Notes under the pieces: model-generated
What the model was told of the DNA's origin: nothing
Seen by the model: the letters and a program-made list of their open reading frames with translations, nothing else
The model's database searches: none
Shown: positions 55,967-64,000 of the stretch, piece by piece
Position numbering within the stretch: the first letter of the stretch is position 1
How the letters are laid out: the number at the start of each line of letters is the position of its first letter
From: an uncultured Planctomycetia bacterium
GTDB lineage: Bacteria; Omnitrophota; Gorgyraeia; VGKH01; JBHPFN01
Length of the DNA stretch: 64,000 bases
Reading direction: 5' to 3'
Assembly (NCBI GenBank): GCA_964406665.1
Contig: CAYOSQ010000002.1
Location: forward strand, 182,219-246,218
Translations under genes and position numbers: made by a program

Positions 55967-56899
55967 CTAGGAAAGTGCTTCTATGTCTTGAGGTTTTTCA
56001 ATATTCATTACTTTTAAGGAAGAATCAATCCTACGTTGAAGCCCACGAAGAACTTTGTTTGGGCCAATCTCAAGATAGGAAACAATGCCCTCTTTAGCTA
56101 TGCGGCGAATAGAATCTTCCCAAAGGACTGATGAGCTAACTTGATCTTTTAGGTTGTTGCGGATTTGTTCAGCTTCGTTCTGAGACTTTGCAGTTACATT
56201 ACTTATTACAGGAACTTCAGGTACAGATATGTCGATTTTTGATAATTCTTGACCGAGCCTCTCTCCAGCTTCTTTCATCAGCGATGAATGAAAAGCCCCG
56301 CTTACCTGTAAATCAACGGCGTTTCTAGCACCTAGTTTTAAGGCTTCCTCTTTTGCTACATCAACTTTCTCTTTCTCACCGGTAATAACCACCTGTCCGG
56401 GGCAATTCAAATTAGCAATTTCTGCACCAGTTTGAGAACAGATATCTTTTAATTGATCTCTTTCAAGCCCGATGATTGCTGCCATCTTTCCGGGATTTTT
56501 TGCTGCAGCCTCTTCCATAAATTCTGCGCGCTTTCTAATCAATCTTACACCGTCTTCAAAACCGAATACGCCTGCTGCAATAAGTGCAGAATATTCACCC
56601 AAGCTTAACCCGGCAGTAAATACTGGTTTAATCTCAGATGTTTTTTTATTCTCTTCTAAAGCGCGCAAAGCGGCGATGCTATGGATTAAAATTGCAGGTT
56701 GACAGTTAATGGTAGATTTAAGATCTTCTTCTGGACCTTCGAAGATAATTTTTTTTATGTCAAACTTTAGTACGTCGTTTGCTTTATCAAAAACTTCTTT
56801 TGCAGCAGGTGAAGAACCATAGAGCTCTTTGCCCATACCAACGTACTGCGAACCTTGACCAGGGAATAAAAAAGCGGTTTTTTCTTGCATTGCTACCAT
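55967..56899 (-). CDS. fabD: Malonyl-CoA:ACP transacylase
   Basis: FPGQGSQ, GLSLGEY, VSGAFHS, EIGP. Confidence 0.96.
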   Translation of the reverse strand: MVAMQEKTAFLFPGQGSQYVGMGKELYGSSPAAKEVFDKANDVLKFDIKKIIFEGPEEDLKSTINCQPAILIHSIAALRALEENKKTSEIKPVFTAGLSLGEYSALIAAGVFGFEDGVRLIRKRAEFMEEAAAKNPGKMAAIIGLERDQLKDICSQTGAEIANLNCPGQVVITGEKEKVDVAKEEALKLGARNAVDLQVSGAFHSSLMKEAGERLGQELSKIDISVPEVPVISNVTAKSQNEAEQIRNNLKDQVSSSVLWEDSIRRIAKEGIVSYLEIGPNKVLRGLQRRIDSSLKVMNIEKPQDIEALS

Positions 56900-57873
56900 T
56901 TAATTACACAAGCTCCCCAGACCAATCCTCCACCAAAGGCATCTAAAACTACGATGTCGCCTTTTTTGATGCGTTTTTCTTTTGCGGCTTCAGCTAATGC
57001 TATTGCTGCAGATGCAGATGACATGTTTCCATATCGTGCAATATTCATAAAAACTCTATCTGTGGAAACTCCTAACCTTTTTGCTACAGCAAGAAGTATA
57101 CGTATGTTAGCTTGATGAAAAATAAAACAGTCCACATCATCACAGGTTAATTTTGCTTTCTTAAGTGCTTGCTCGGCGGCATTTGCCATAATTTTAACAG
57201 CAAGTTTAAATAATTCATTACCGCGCATTTTTATAAAATGCTGTTTCTCATCAACTGTTTTCCTTGTTGCCGGATGACGAGAACCTCCACCAGGAATAAA
57301 AAGAAGTTCACCTAAATTTCCATCACTTCCTAAGTGGGTTGAAATTATTCCACCACTTCTTACTGAACCTAATACGCATGCACCTGCTCCATCTCCGAAT
57401 AAAACGCAGGTATTGCGATCTGACCAATCTGTTATTGAAGAAAGCTTCTCAGAGCCGACAACTAATGCATTCTTGTAAACTCCGGCTGCGATAAACTGCT
57501 GAGCAATAGATATTCCATAAACAAACCCGGCGCATGCTGCAGCAATATCAAAGCAAGCAGCATTCTTTGCTCCTATGGCTTTTTGAACAAAGCAAGCGGT
57601 TGAAGGAAAGTTCATATCAGGGGTAATCGTAGCAACTATAATTAAATCAATATCTGCTGCGTCTAAACTCGCATCTTTTAATGCCTCTTTTACTGCTTTA
57701 GTTGCCATATCACTTGCAGCTTCAGATTTCTCAGAGATGCGCCTCTCTTTGATTCCTGTGCGGGTTGTAATCCACTCATCAGAAGTATCTACCATTTTTT
57801 CTAAGTCCGCATTGCTCAACACTTTTTTAGGAACATAAAAACCAAGACCTTTTATACCAACTTTTTTTGTCAT
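56893..57873 (-). CDS. fabH: 3-oxoacyl-ACP synthase III
   Basis: AACAGF, FGDGAGA, HQANIRI, GNMSSAS. Confidence 0.96.
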   Translation of the reverse strand: MTKKVGIKGLGFYVPKKVLSNADLEKMVDTSDEWITTRTGIKERRISEKSEAASDMATKAVKEALKDASLDAADIDLIIVATITPDMNFPSTACFVQKAIGAKNAACFDIAAACAGFVYGISIAQQFIAAGVYKNALVVGSEKLSSITDWSDRNTCVLFGDGAGACVLGSVRSGGIISTHLGSDGNLGELLFIPGGGSRHPATRKTVDEKQHFIKMRGNELFKLAVKIMANAAEQALKKAKLTCDDVDCFIFHQANIRILLAVAKRLGVSTDRVFMNIARYGNMSSASAAIALAEAAKEKRIKKGDIVVLDAFGGGLVWGACVIKW

Positions 57874-58859
57874 GCTGTTTTAATCTCCTCAGTGATTACT
57901 TCATTAATTCGCCCTTCTACCTCTACTTTAGCTGCCCGTATAGCATTTTTAATAGCCTTTGCGGAAGAACGTCCGTGACCAATCATCACAATACCGTTAA
58001 CTCCCAAAAGCGGTGCGCCGCCGTATTCTGAATAATCCATATTCTTTTTTAGTCGCCTTAAACTATTTTTCATAAGTAGAATCCCTAACTTACCCCAAAA
58101 ACTACTTAAAATTTCTCTTTTAAAAAGCTGCATAAGAACTTCGGCTAAACTTTCAGATACTTTTAAAGCCACATTACCCACAACGCCGTCAGTTATAATG
58201 CAATCACAGTTTCCGGAAAATAGTTCCTTGCCCTCTACGTTTCCTACAAAATTGATTTTGGAATTCTCTAACAATGCATTAGCTTCTTTTGATAAATCTG
58301 TACCCTTAGACTGCTCTTCTCCGATATTTAAAAGTCCGATGGTAGGATTTTCTTTATTAAGAACCACTTTAGAATAGGCATCTGCCATAAGGCCATACTG
58401 AAGCATGTGTTTCGGTTTTGCATCAATATTTGCACCTACGTCGATTATCAAAGATGCACCTTTAAGAGTAGGCATAACTATGGCAATTCCTGGCCGCTCA
58501 ATACTTGGCAACATCTTCAAAATAAAAGTAGCTGCACAAACAACCGCGCCGGTATTGCCGGCGCTCACAAAAGCATCTACTTTTTTATCTCTTAGCAACT
58601 CTGTAGCCTTAGTAATAGAAGAGTTTTTCTTCTTCCTTATGCTGCTGGTTGCAGACTCATTCATCTCGATTACTTCAGGGGCATGCTCAATAGTTATACC
58701 TCCGGGTAATTTTTTGAATCTTTTAAGTTCTTGCTTAATAAGCTCTTCTTTCCCGACAAGCACAACTTCAACACCAAATTGCTCAACGGCATCAACAGCA
58801 CCATCAACAACCACACGCGGTGCATAATCTCCGCCCATAGCATCTATGGCTATTCTCAC
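57870..58859 (-). CDS. plsX: Phosphate acyltransferase
   Basis: IAIDAMGGDYAP, SAGNTGA, NIGEE..KG, GGAPLLG, HGRS. Confidence 0.97.
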   Translation of the reverse strand: MRIAIDAMGGDYAPRVVVDGAVDAVEQFGVEVVLVGKEELIKQELKRFKKLPGGITIEHAPEVIEMNESATSSIRKKKNSSITKATELLRDKKVDAFVSAGNTGAVVCAATFILKMLPSIERPGIAIVMPTLKGASLIIDVGANIDAKPKHMLQYGLMADAYSKVVLNKENPTIGLLNIGEEQSKGTDLSKEANALLENSKINFVGNVEGKELFSGNCDCIITDGVVGNVALKVSESLAEVLMQLFKREILSSFWGKLGILLMKNSLRRLKKNMDYSEYGGAPLLGVNGIVMIGHGRSSAKAIKNAIRAAKVEVEGRINEVITEEIKTA

Positions 58860-59188
58860 CCGGCTCTTCCTTTCTTTGCCAAGCCTAACCTATCTTTAAG
58901 CTTAGCTAATCCACTTCCATATGTTTTTAAATTTTTCTCACGAATGTATGCACTTGTTTTTGATTTATAGGCTTCAAAATAAATCAGCTCAACAGGAAGT
59001 TTGGTTTTAGTAGAGAAAACTTTTCCTCTGCTATGTTCTTCCAACCTATTTTTTAAATCACCAGTACAACCAATATAAATCCAAGATGTTTTTTTACTCG
59101 CAAGCAAATATACAAAATACCAATTGCCGCTAAAAGCTTTACCTGCCGAACCCCTCGTTCCATAATCTTTAGGAAGAGCAGGGCTCAT
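58856..59188 (-). CDS. Small GIY-YIG nuclease inserted between rpmF and plsX, bracketed by an inverted repeat
   Basis: YFVYLL...IYIGCT.DL..RL.EH...YFEAY...A..RE..LK; IR cccggctcttcct (58859-58871) / aggaagagcaggg (59171-59183). Confidence 0.85.
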   Translation of the reverse strand: MSPALPKDYGTRGSAGKAFSGNWYFVYLLASKKTSWIYIGCTGDLKNRLEEHSRGKVFSTKTKLPVELIYFEAYKSKTSAYIREKNLKTYGSGLAKLKDRLGLAKKGRAG

Positions 59189-59382
59189 TTCTTTTTCTTC
59201 TCTTTCTTAACTATCTCTATAACCGGCCTACCCTTATAATATCCGCAGGCAGGACATACCATATGAGATTTTTTGGGCTGTTTGCACTGTGGGCAAATTC
59301 CTAAATTAGGCTTAGTTAATTTCCAATGAGTTCTACGTTTTCTTCCTCTTGTTTTTGAATGTCTTCTTGGAGGTAATGCCAT
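59185..59382 (-). CDS. rpmF: 50S ribosomal protein L32
   Basis: MALPPRRHSKTR, CPQC...H.VCPACGYYKG. Confidence 0.97.
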   Translation of the reverse strand: MALPPRRHSKTRGRKRRTHWKLTKPNLGICPQCKQPKKSHMVCPACGYYKGRPVIEIVKKEKKKK

Positions 59383-59409
59383 TTATTTCCTTCCTTTCAT
59401 AAAATTAAA

Positions 59410-59871
59410 TTATTTGCAATTACAAGTTTCTTCATTTAAGTTTTTACCACATTTACTACAAAGCCCCTTGCAATTTGAATTACATAATAGACTTGCAGGA
59501 TACTCTAATATAAGCTCTTCTCGGATTTCATCAGTGATATCTAAATTATGCTCGTTAGGTTCAATAGTATAATCTAGCTGGGATCTAGTTTCAAGCTTCT
59601 TTTCAAATTCTTCAAGACAGCGGCCACAAACCATTTTTGCAAAAGCGCATATTTTTAAATCGACGGTAACAGTATCGCCTACCTTATGAAAATCTGCAAC
59701 AATTTCTATAGGTCTTTCTATTTTGATATGCTCTAAGCTTAAATCCAAAACTGCTGCATCACAGGATTCTTTTACCTTAAGACCTTCATAAGGAATTTTT
59801 GTAACAGAAACATTAATACGACTTGCTAAGGTCTTAGTATTTTTAAGCTCTTTAGTTTTAAAATCGCTCAT
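59410..59871 (-). CDS. DUF177/YceD-family protein
   Basis: CGRCL, P...LC...CKGLCSKCG.NLN...C.C; upstream of rpmF. Confidence 0.9.
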   Translation of the reverse strand: MSDFKTKELKNTKTLASRINVSVTKIPYEGLKVKESCDAAVLDLSLEHIKIERPIEIVADFHKVGDTVTVDLKICAFAKMVCGRCLEEFEKKLETRSQLDYTIEPNEHNLDITDEIREELILEYPASLLCNSNCKGLCSKCGKNLNEETCNCK

Positions 59872-60350
59872 TTTTTTAATTTCTTCTTCAATTCCTTCTC
59901 AACATAAGGTGGCAGAAAAGATGATAAATCAGCCCCCAATGCCCCGGCTTCTTTAATTAGATTAGATGAAAGAAAAGAATACTGCTCAGAAGGCATTAAA
60001 AATATTGTTTCAATATCCCCGGCTAACCTTCTATTGGTTAAAGCCATTTGGAGTTCGTATTCAAAATCTGAAATCATTCTTAAACCCCGGATAATCACGT
60101 GTATATGTTTTTTTCTGGCATAATCTACAACTAATCCATCAAAGCTTTCTACGTTTATATTATCAAAATCTTTTGTTGCTTCTTTAAGCATAGCTACCCG
60201 CTCTTCTACGGAAAAAATTGGTTCTTTGTGGGCATTTTTGGCAACTGCAACTGTTATTTCACTCACCACGCCTAAACCCCGCTTGATTAAATCTAAATGA
60301 CCATAAGTAACAGGATCAAAACTTCCCGGGTAAATTGCTTTCTCGCACAT
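59868..60350 (-). CDS. coaD: Phosphopantetheine adenylyltransferase
   Basis: YPGSFDPVTYGHLD, RGLR..SDFEYE. Confidence 0.97.
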   Translation of the reverse strand: MCEKAIYPGSFDPVTYGHLDLIKRGLGVVSEITVAVAKNAHKEPIFSVEERVAMLKEATKDFDNINVESFDGLVVDYARKKHIHVIIRGLRMISDFEYELQMALTNRRLAGDIETIFLMPSEQYSFLSSNLIKEAGALGADLSSFLPPYVEKELKKKLKK

Positions 60351-60351
60351 T

Positions 60352-60894
60352 TCATTTTCTCCTATAAAACGAAAGGATTGTGGTTCCGTATCTCCTTCTT
60401 GTATATAAAGATAAGCTCTCTATAGAGTCTTCTAAATTATCATCTTTATAATGTTGGACTATTACGAAACCGTAGGGCTTAACTATAGCATAACTGGCAA
60501 TTGCAAGCAAGGCTTTTTTGGCCAAATCCTTGTAATACGGTGGATCAAGAAAAACAATATCAAAACTTTTACCTTCATCTGAAAGAAACTTAATCACAGT
60601 CAGGGCATCCTTTGCTGCCAAGTCAAAAGACTCAATTCCTAAACTCTTAAGGTTTTCTCTGATTAACTTAACACAGCGGATGTCTTTTTCAGCAAAATAC
60701 ACTTCCCTAGCACCAAGAGATATTGCCTCAATGCCTACAGCTCCGCTTCCGGCGAAAAGCTCAAGAACACCTGCATCTTGGACAAATTCTCCCAAAATAT
60801 CAAAAGTTGCCTTTCTCACCTTTTGTTCTGTAGGCCTTATACCCTTAGGCATCTTTATCTGTCTGCTACGAAACTTTCCTGATAATATGCGCAT
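60352..60894 (-). CDS. rsmD: 16S rRNA m2G966 methyltransferase
   Basis: MRILSG, RPT, LFAGSGA.GIEA.S.GA, FLDPPY. Confidence 0.93.
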   Translation of the reverse strand: MRILSGKFRSRQIKMPKGIRPTEQKVRKATFDILGEFVQDAGVLELFAGSGAVGIEAISLGAREVYFAEKDIRCVKLIRENLKSLGIESFDLAAKDALTVIKFLSDEGKSFDIVFLDPPYYKDLAKKALLAIASYAIVKPYGFVIVQHYKDDNLEDSIESLSLYTRRRYGTTILSFYRRK

Positions 60895-60902
60895 CTTTCT
60901 CC

Positions 60903-62999
60903 TTAAGCAGCCATAAGCTTTTCGTATTCAGGAAAACGCTGTTTGACTAATTTTCTAATTTGCAGGTTCTGCTTTTCTTGCAATCCAGGATCATGATGCA
61001 AAAGCTTGATCGCTTCTTCCCTGGCTGCCCTTAACGAATGCATCTGAGTTATTGGATTAGCTATTCTTAATTCTGATAACCCACTTTGCCGTTTGCCAAA
61101 GAATTCTCCCGGACCCCTAATTAATAAATCTTCCTCTGCAATTGCAAATCCGTCAGTTAATTTAGTGATTGCCTTAATGCGCATAAGCGCGGCTTCGCTT
61201 TTAGGATCAGCAATTAATAAACAATGTGATTGATGCTCACCTCTGCCTATTCTTCCGCGCAGCTGATGCAGCTGCGAAAGGCCAAAGCGCTCAGCATGCT
61301 CGATAATCATTACGCATGCGTTGGAAACATCCATTCCCACCTCTAAGACAGAAGTTGCAACAAGCATATGGACCTTTCCTTTTTTAAATTCTTGCATAAT
61401 TTCATCTTGCTGTTTTTGTTTGAGCCTACCGTGGATAAGCCCAACATTGAATTTCTTGAAGACTTTTTTCAGTTCTTTATGCATTTCTTCGGCCGCTTTT
61501 AAATCCAAACTATCTGAAACTTCTATTATGGGATAAATAACATAGGCCTGCCTTCCCTGGTTAATCTTTTCTGTTATAAATTCATAAACTTTTTTGCGAT
61601 CTCCCTCGTCATAAAGTTTTGTTTTTACCGGTAATCTTCCCGGAGGCATTTCATCAATAGAAGAAATATCTAAATCACCGTACACTGTTAAAGAAAGTGT
61701 GCGCGGAATAGGCGTTGCCGTCATGATTAAAACATCAGGATTATCACCCTTTTTGGGCAATAAAGCTCTCTGAGAAACACCAAACTTATGCTGCTCATCA
61801 ATAACAGCCAAGCCCAGGTTCTTGAATGCGAGTTCTTCTTGAATAAGTGCATGCGTACCAATGACAAGATCTATCTTGCCGTCTTTGATTTTTTTATACA
61901 ATTTTTCTTTTTCTGATGTGCCAATGCTGCTAGTCAATAAGGCAATCGAGATTTTCTTATTCCCAATCTTTAATTTTGTAACTTGTTTTTTTATATTGTC
62001 ATAATGTTGCTTAGCAAGTATTTCGGTTGGTACCATAAAAGCCACTTGCCAACCACCGGAAATCGCCATTAAAGATGCAAACGTTGCAACCACAGTTTTA
62101 CCAGAGCCCACATCTCCCTGTAGCAAGCGTTGCATAGGACGGTTGGAAATCATATCATTTTTGATTTCTTCAAGCACTTTTTTCTGAGCAGTGGTTAACT
62201 CAAAACCTAAGCATTGTTGAAATTCACTTGAGAGGCTTTCATCCACGCTATGAGAAATTCCTTTTTTCTGCTTTGAGTTCAGCTTGCGCAGTACAACCGG
62301 TACTTGATACAAAAAGAAGTCATCAAAAGAAACTCGGTTATAAGACTCTTTTTGCAAACTCTCGTTTTCAGGAAAATGGATGTTTCTTAAACTTTGCGCT
62401 AAGTTAAGCAGCTCTCTCCTTTTTCTAATATCATATGATAAAGGATCAACAATCTTAGGTATGTACTCATCAAGACAAAGCTTTACCAACCATCTTAAAT
62501 ATCTTTGCGTTATTCCTTGAGTTAAAGGATATATGGGAACAATTCTTCCCACGCTTAGATTGTCATCATCACTAGTTTCGTCATTTCCACAAGATTCAAA
62601 TTCAGGCGAATTCAGCTGAAGGCGTTCATCATACTTTTCAACTTTGCCAGAAAGCACTATTTCCTGACCTATATGAAAATAGTTCTCCAAATAAGGCTGA
62701 TTAAACCAAACTGCGTTAATTTTTCCTGTATCATTTTGCACAAGTACTTCTAAAACACTAAAGCCACGTCTGCGAAATGATCTTCTGACATTTTTGTACA
62801 ATACCTTCGCCTTTAGCGTTAACTCATCTCCAGGCTGAGCTTCAGATATGGGCTTAAGTTCACGCCTATCCTCGTATCTAGAGGGAAAATAATAAAGCAA
62901 ATCTATTATAGTTGCAACTCCCATGCGTGCAAAAAGCTGAGCTTTTTTAGGACCCACACCTTTTAAATATCTGATTGATGACTCTAGGTTTTTGTACAT
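60903..62999 (-). CDS. recG: ATP-dependent DNA helicase RecG
   Basis: LQGDVGSGKT, DEQHKFGV, MTATPIPRT, QLHQLRGRIGRG. Confidence 0.97.
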   Translation of the reverse strand: MYKNLESSIRYLKGVGPKKAQLFARMGVATIIDLLYYFPSRYEDRRELKPISEAQPGDELTLKAKVLYKNVRRSFRRRGFSVLEVLVQNDTGKINAVWFNQPYLENYFHIGQEIVLSGKVEKYDERLQLNSPEFESCGNDETSDDDNLSVGRIVPIYPLTQGITQRYLRWLVKLCLDEYIPKIVDPLSYDIRKRRELLNLAQSLRNIHFPENESLQKESYNRVSFDDFFLYQVPVVLRKLNSKQKKGISHSVDESLSSEFQQCLGFELTTAQKKVLEEIKNDMISNRPMQRLLQGDVGSGKTVVATFASLMAISGGWQVAFMVPTEILAKQHYDNIKKQVTKLKIGNKKISIALLTSSIGTSEKEKLYKKIKDGKIDLVIGTHALIQEELAFKNLGLAVIDEQHKFGVSQRALLPKKGDNPDVLIMTATPIPRTLSLTVYGDLDISSIDEMPPGRLPVKTKLYDEGDRKKVYEFITEKINQGRQAYVIYPIIEVSDSLDLKAAEEMHKELKKVFKKFNVGLIHGRLKQKQQDEIMQEFKKGKVHMLVATSVLEVGMDVSNACVMIIEHAERFGLSQLHQLRGRIGRGEHQSHCLLIADPKSEAALMRIKAITKLTDGFAIAEEDLLIRGPGEFFGKRQSGLSELRIANPITQMHSLRAAREEAIKLLHHDPGLQEKQNLQIRKLVKQRFPEYEKLMAA

Positions 63000-63012
63000 T
63001 ATTTTAAGGGAT

Positions 63013-63954
63013 TTAAGCTTGATTATTTTCTTTTCCTATGAGTTTTTTTATTGAATCAACAACCAGGTTAGGATCAACCTTCATGCATTCAATGTTAATC
63101 TCACAGCCGGGCTTTTCACAGGGAGAGCAATTGACATCAGGATTTTGCAAAACAACAGATTTATCAGAATACGGATAAGATCTATCAGGATGCGTAGGAC
63201 CGAAAAATGCAATAATTGGAATATTTAAATAACTGCCTAAATGAAGGATGCTTGAATCCACACCCAGCAAAGCAAGGGCATAATTTTTCAACAAATAAGC
63301 AACTTCTATCATGCTTCTAGTCTTACCTACTAAATTAGTCACGCCACCTTGCATTAGAATATCACCGTAATATTCTCGGTCTTTTTCATCACCAACTATT
63401 ACCACAGAATAATCAGCCCTTAGCAGCTCTATGACTTTTCTTAAGCAATCTTTATCATAACATTTTATTCGAGAGCGTGATGAACAAGCAATGAATATTG
63501 ATTTTCTAAGATTTAATCTCTTTAAATATTCCTTCTCTTCGCTATTTAGCGGAAAGCTGCTATTAGTTAATTCTTTATCAGAAGTGAATTTATCAATAAG
63601 CGATAAGTATTTTTTTCTAATGTGGAGATTTTTCTCATAGCGTCTGACTATTGGACTGCGAATCTTTGCAGCAGCGATAAACGGCATAAGTGTATTTTTT
63701 AAATCAACAAATATGTCAAACTTTCCAAACAAGGAAAATGCGAAGCGCCCCTGATGCAACAAATTCCAACGCTTATCAAAAATCTCAACATTATCTATAT
63801 AGTTATTGCGTATTAGAAAATCCTTGGTCTGAGGCGAAGCCACTGCAGTAATTTTACTTGAGGGAAAATTTGCTTTAAGCCTATCCAATAATGGAAGTGC
63901 CAGGATTACATCACCCACATTTGTAGGAAAAGTTATGGCAATTCTCTTATGCAT
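63013..63954 (-). CDS. Glycosyltransferase family 9 (LPS heptosyltransferase-like)
   Basis: VGDVIL..P, DSSILHL, FGPT, CSPC...C...CM. Confidence 0.85.
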   Translation of the reverse strand: MHKRIAITFPTNVGDVILALPLLDRLKANFPSSKITAVASPQTKDFLIRNNYIDNVEIFDKRWNLLHQGRFAFSLFGKFDIFVDLKNTLMPFIAAAKIRSPIVRRYEKNLHIRKKYLSLIDKFTSDKELTNSSFPLNSEEKEYLKRLNLRKSIFIACSSRSRIKCYDKDCLRKVIELLRADYSVVIVGDEKDREYYGDILMQGGVTNLVGKTRSMIEVAYLLKNYALALLGVDSSILHLGSYLNIPIIAFFGPTHPDRSYPYSDKSVVLQNPDVNCSPCEKPGCEINIECMKVDPNLVVDSIKKLIGKENNQA

Positions 63955-64000
63955 TTTGAATTCAAGTTAATGCTCAACAGAAATATTTATCTCGGGTTTT

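Noticed and set aside
59820-59871. Possible short repeat array encoding the DUF177 N-terminal extension
   Set aside because: Periodicity is too weak to separate from A-rich background.

Overview
This is an AT-rich bacterial chromosome segment with almost all genes on the minus strand. Gene content and protein style suggest Candidatus Omnitrophota or a similar PVC-group lineage (inference only). The left part (1-24 kb) is housekeeping: nadX, panC, folK, the DapL-route lysine genes, a complete arg cluster, rplM-rpsI, truA, asd, leuCDB and fabG-acpP-fabF. The right part (56-64 kb) is GT9-recG-rsmD-coaD-DUF177-rpmF-plsX-fabH-fabD. About 32 kb of accessory DNA, with no integrase or tRNA that I can see, separates fabD from fabG. 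It holds secreted and lipoprotein genes, type IV pilin genes (one truncated by an apparent deletion), a degenerate HNH-TM fusion and a dense non-coding hairpin array. It also holds a Y1/RAYT transposase with symmetric bipartite ends and an orphan RHS toxin tip with a probable immunity gene. The last accessory block is a 14 kb cluster of four 7TM histidine kinases, a receiver and a GAF-HD-GYP protein interleaved with a second FabF, an acyl reductase, a nitroreductase and an FAD oxidoreductase, a candidate lipid-signal make-and-sense circuit. Two four-helix-bundle (IVP-family) genes are each bracketed by mutually complementary 7-nt repeat arrays, and a GIY-YIG gene between rpmF and plsX is bracketed by an inverted repeat. 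All calls come from reading the sequence; no searches were run.
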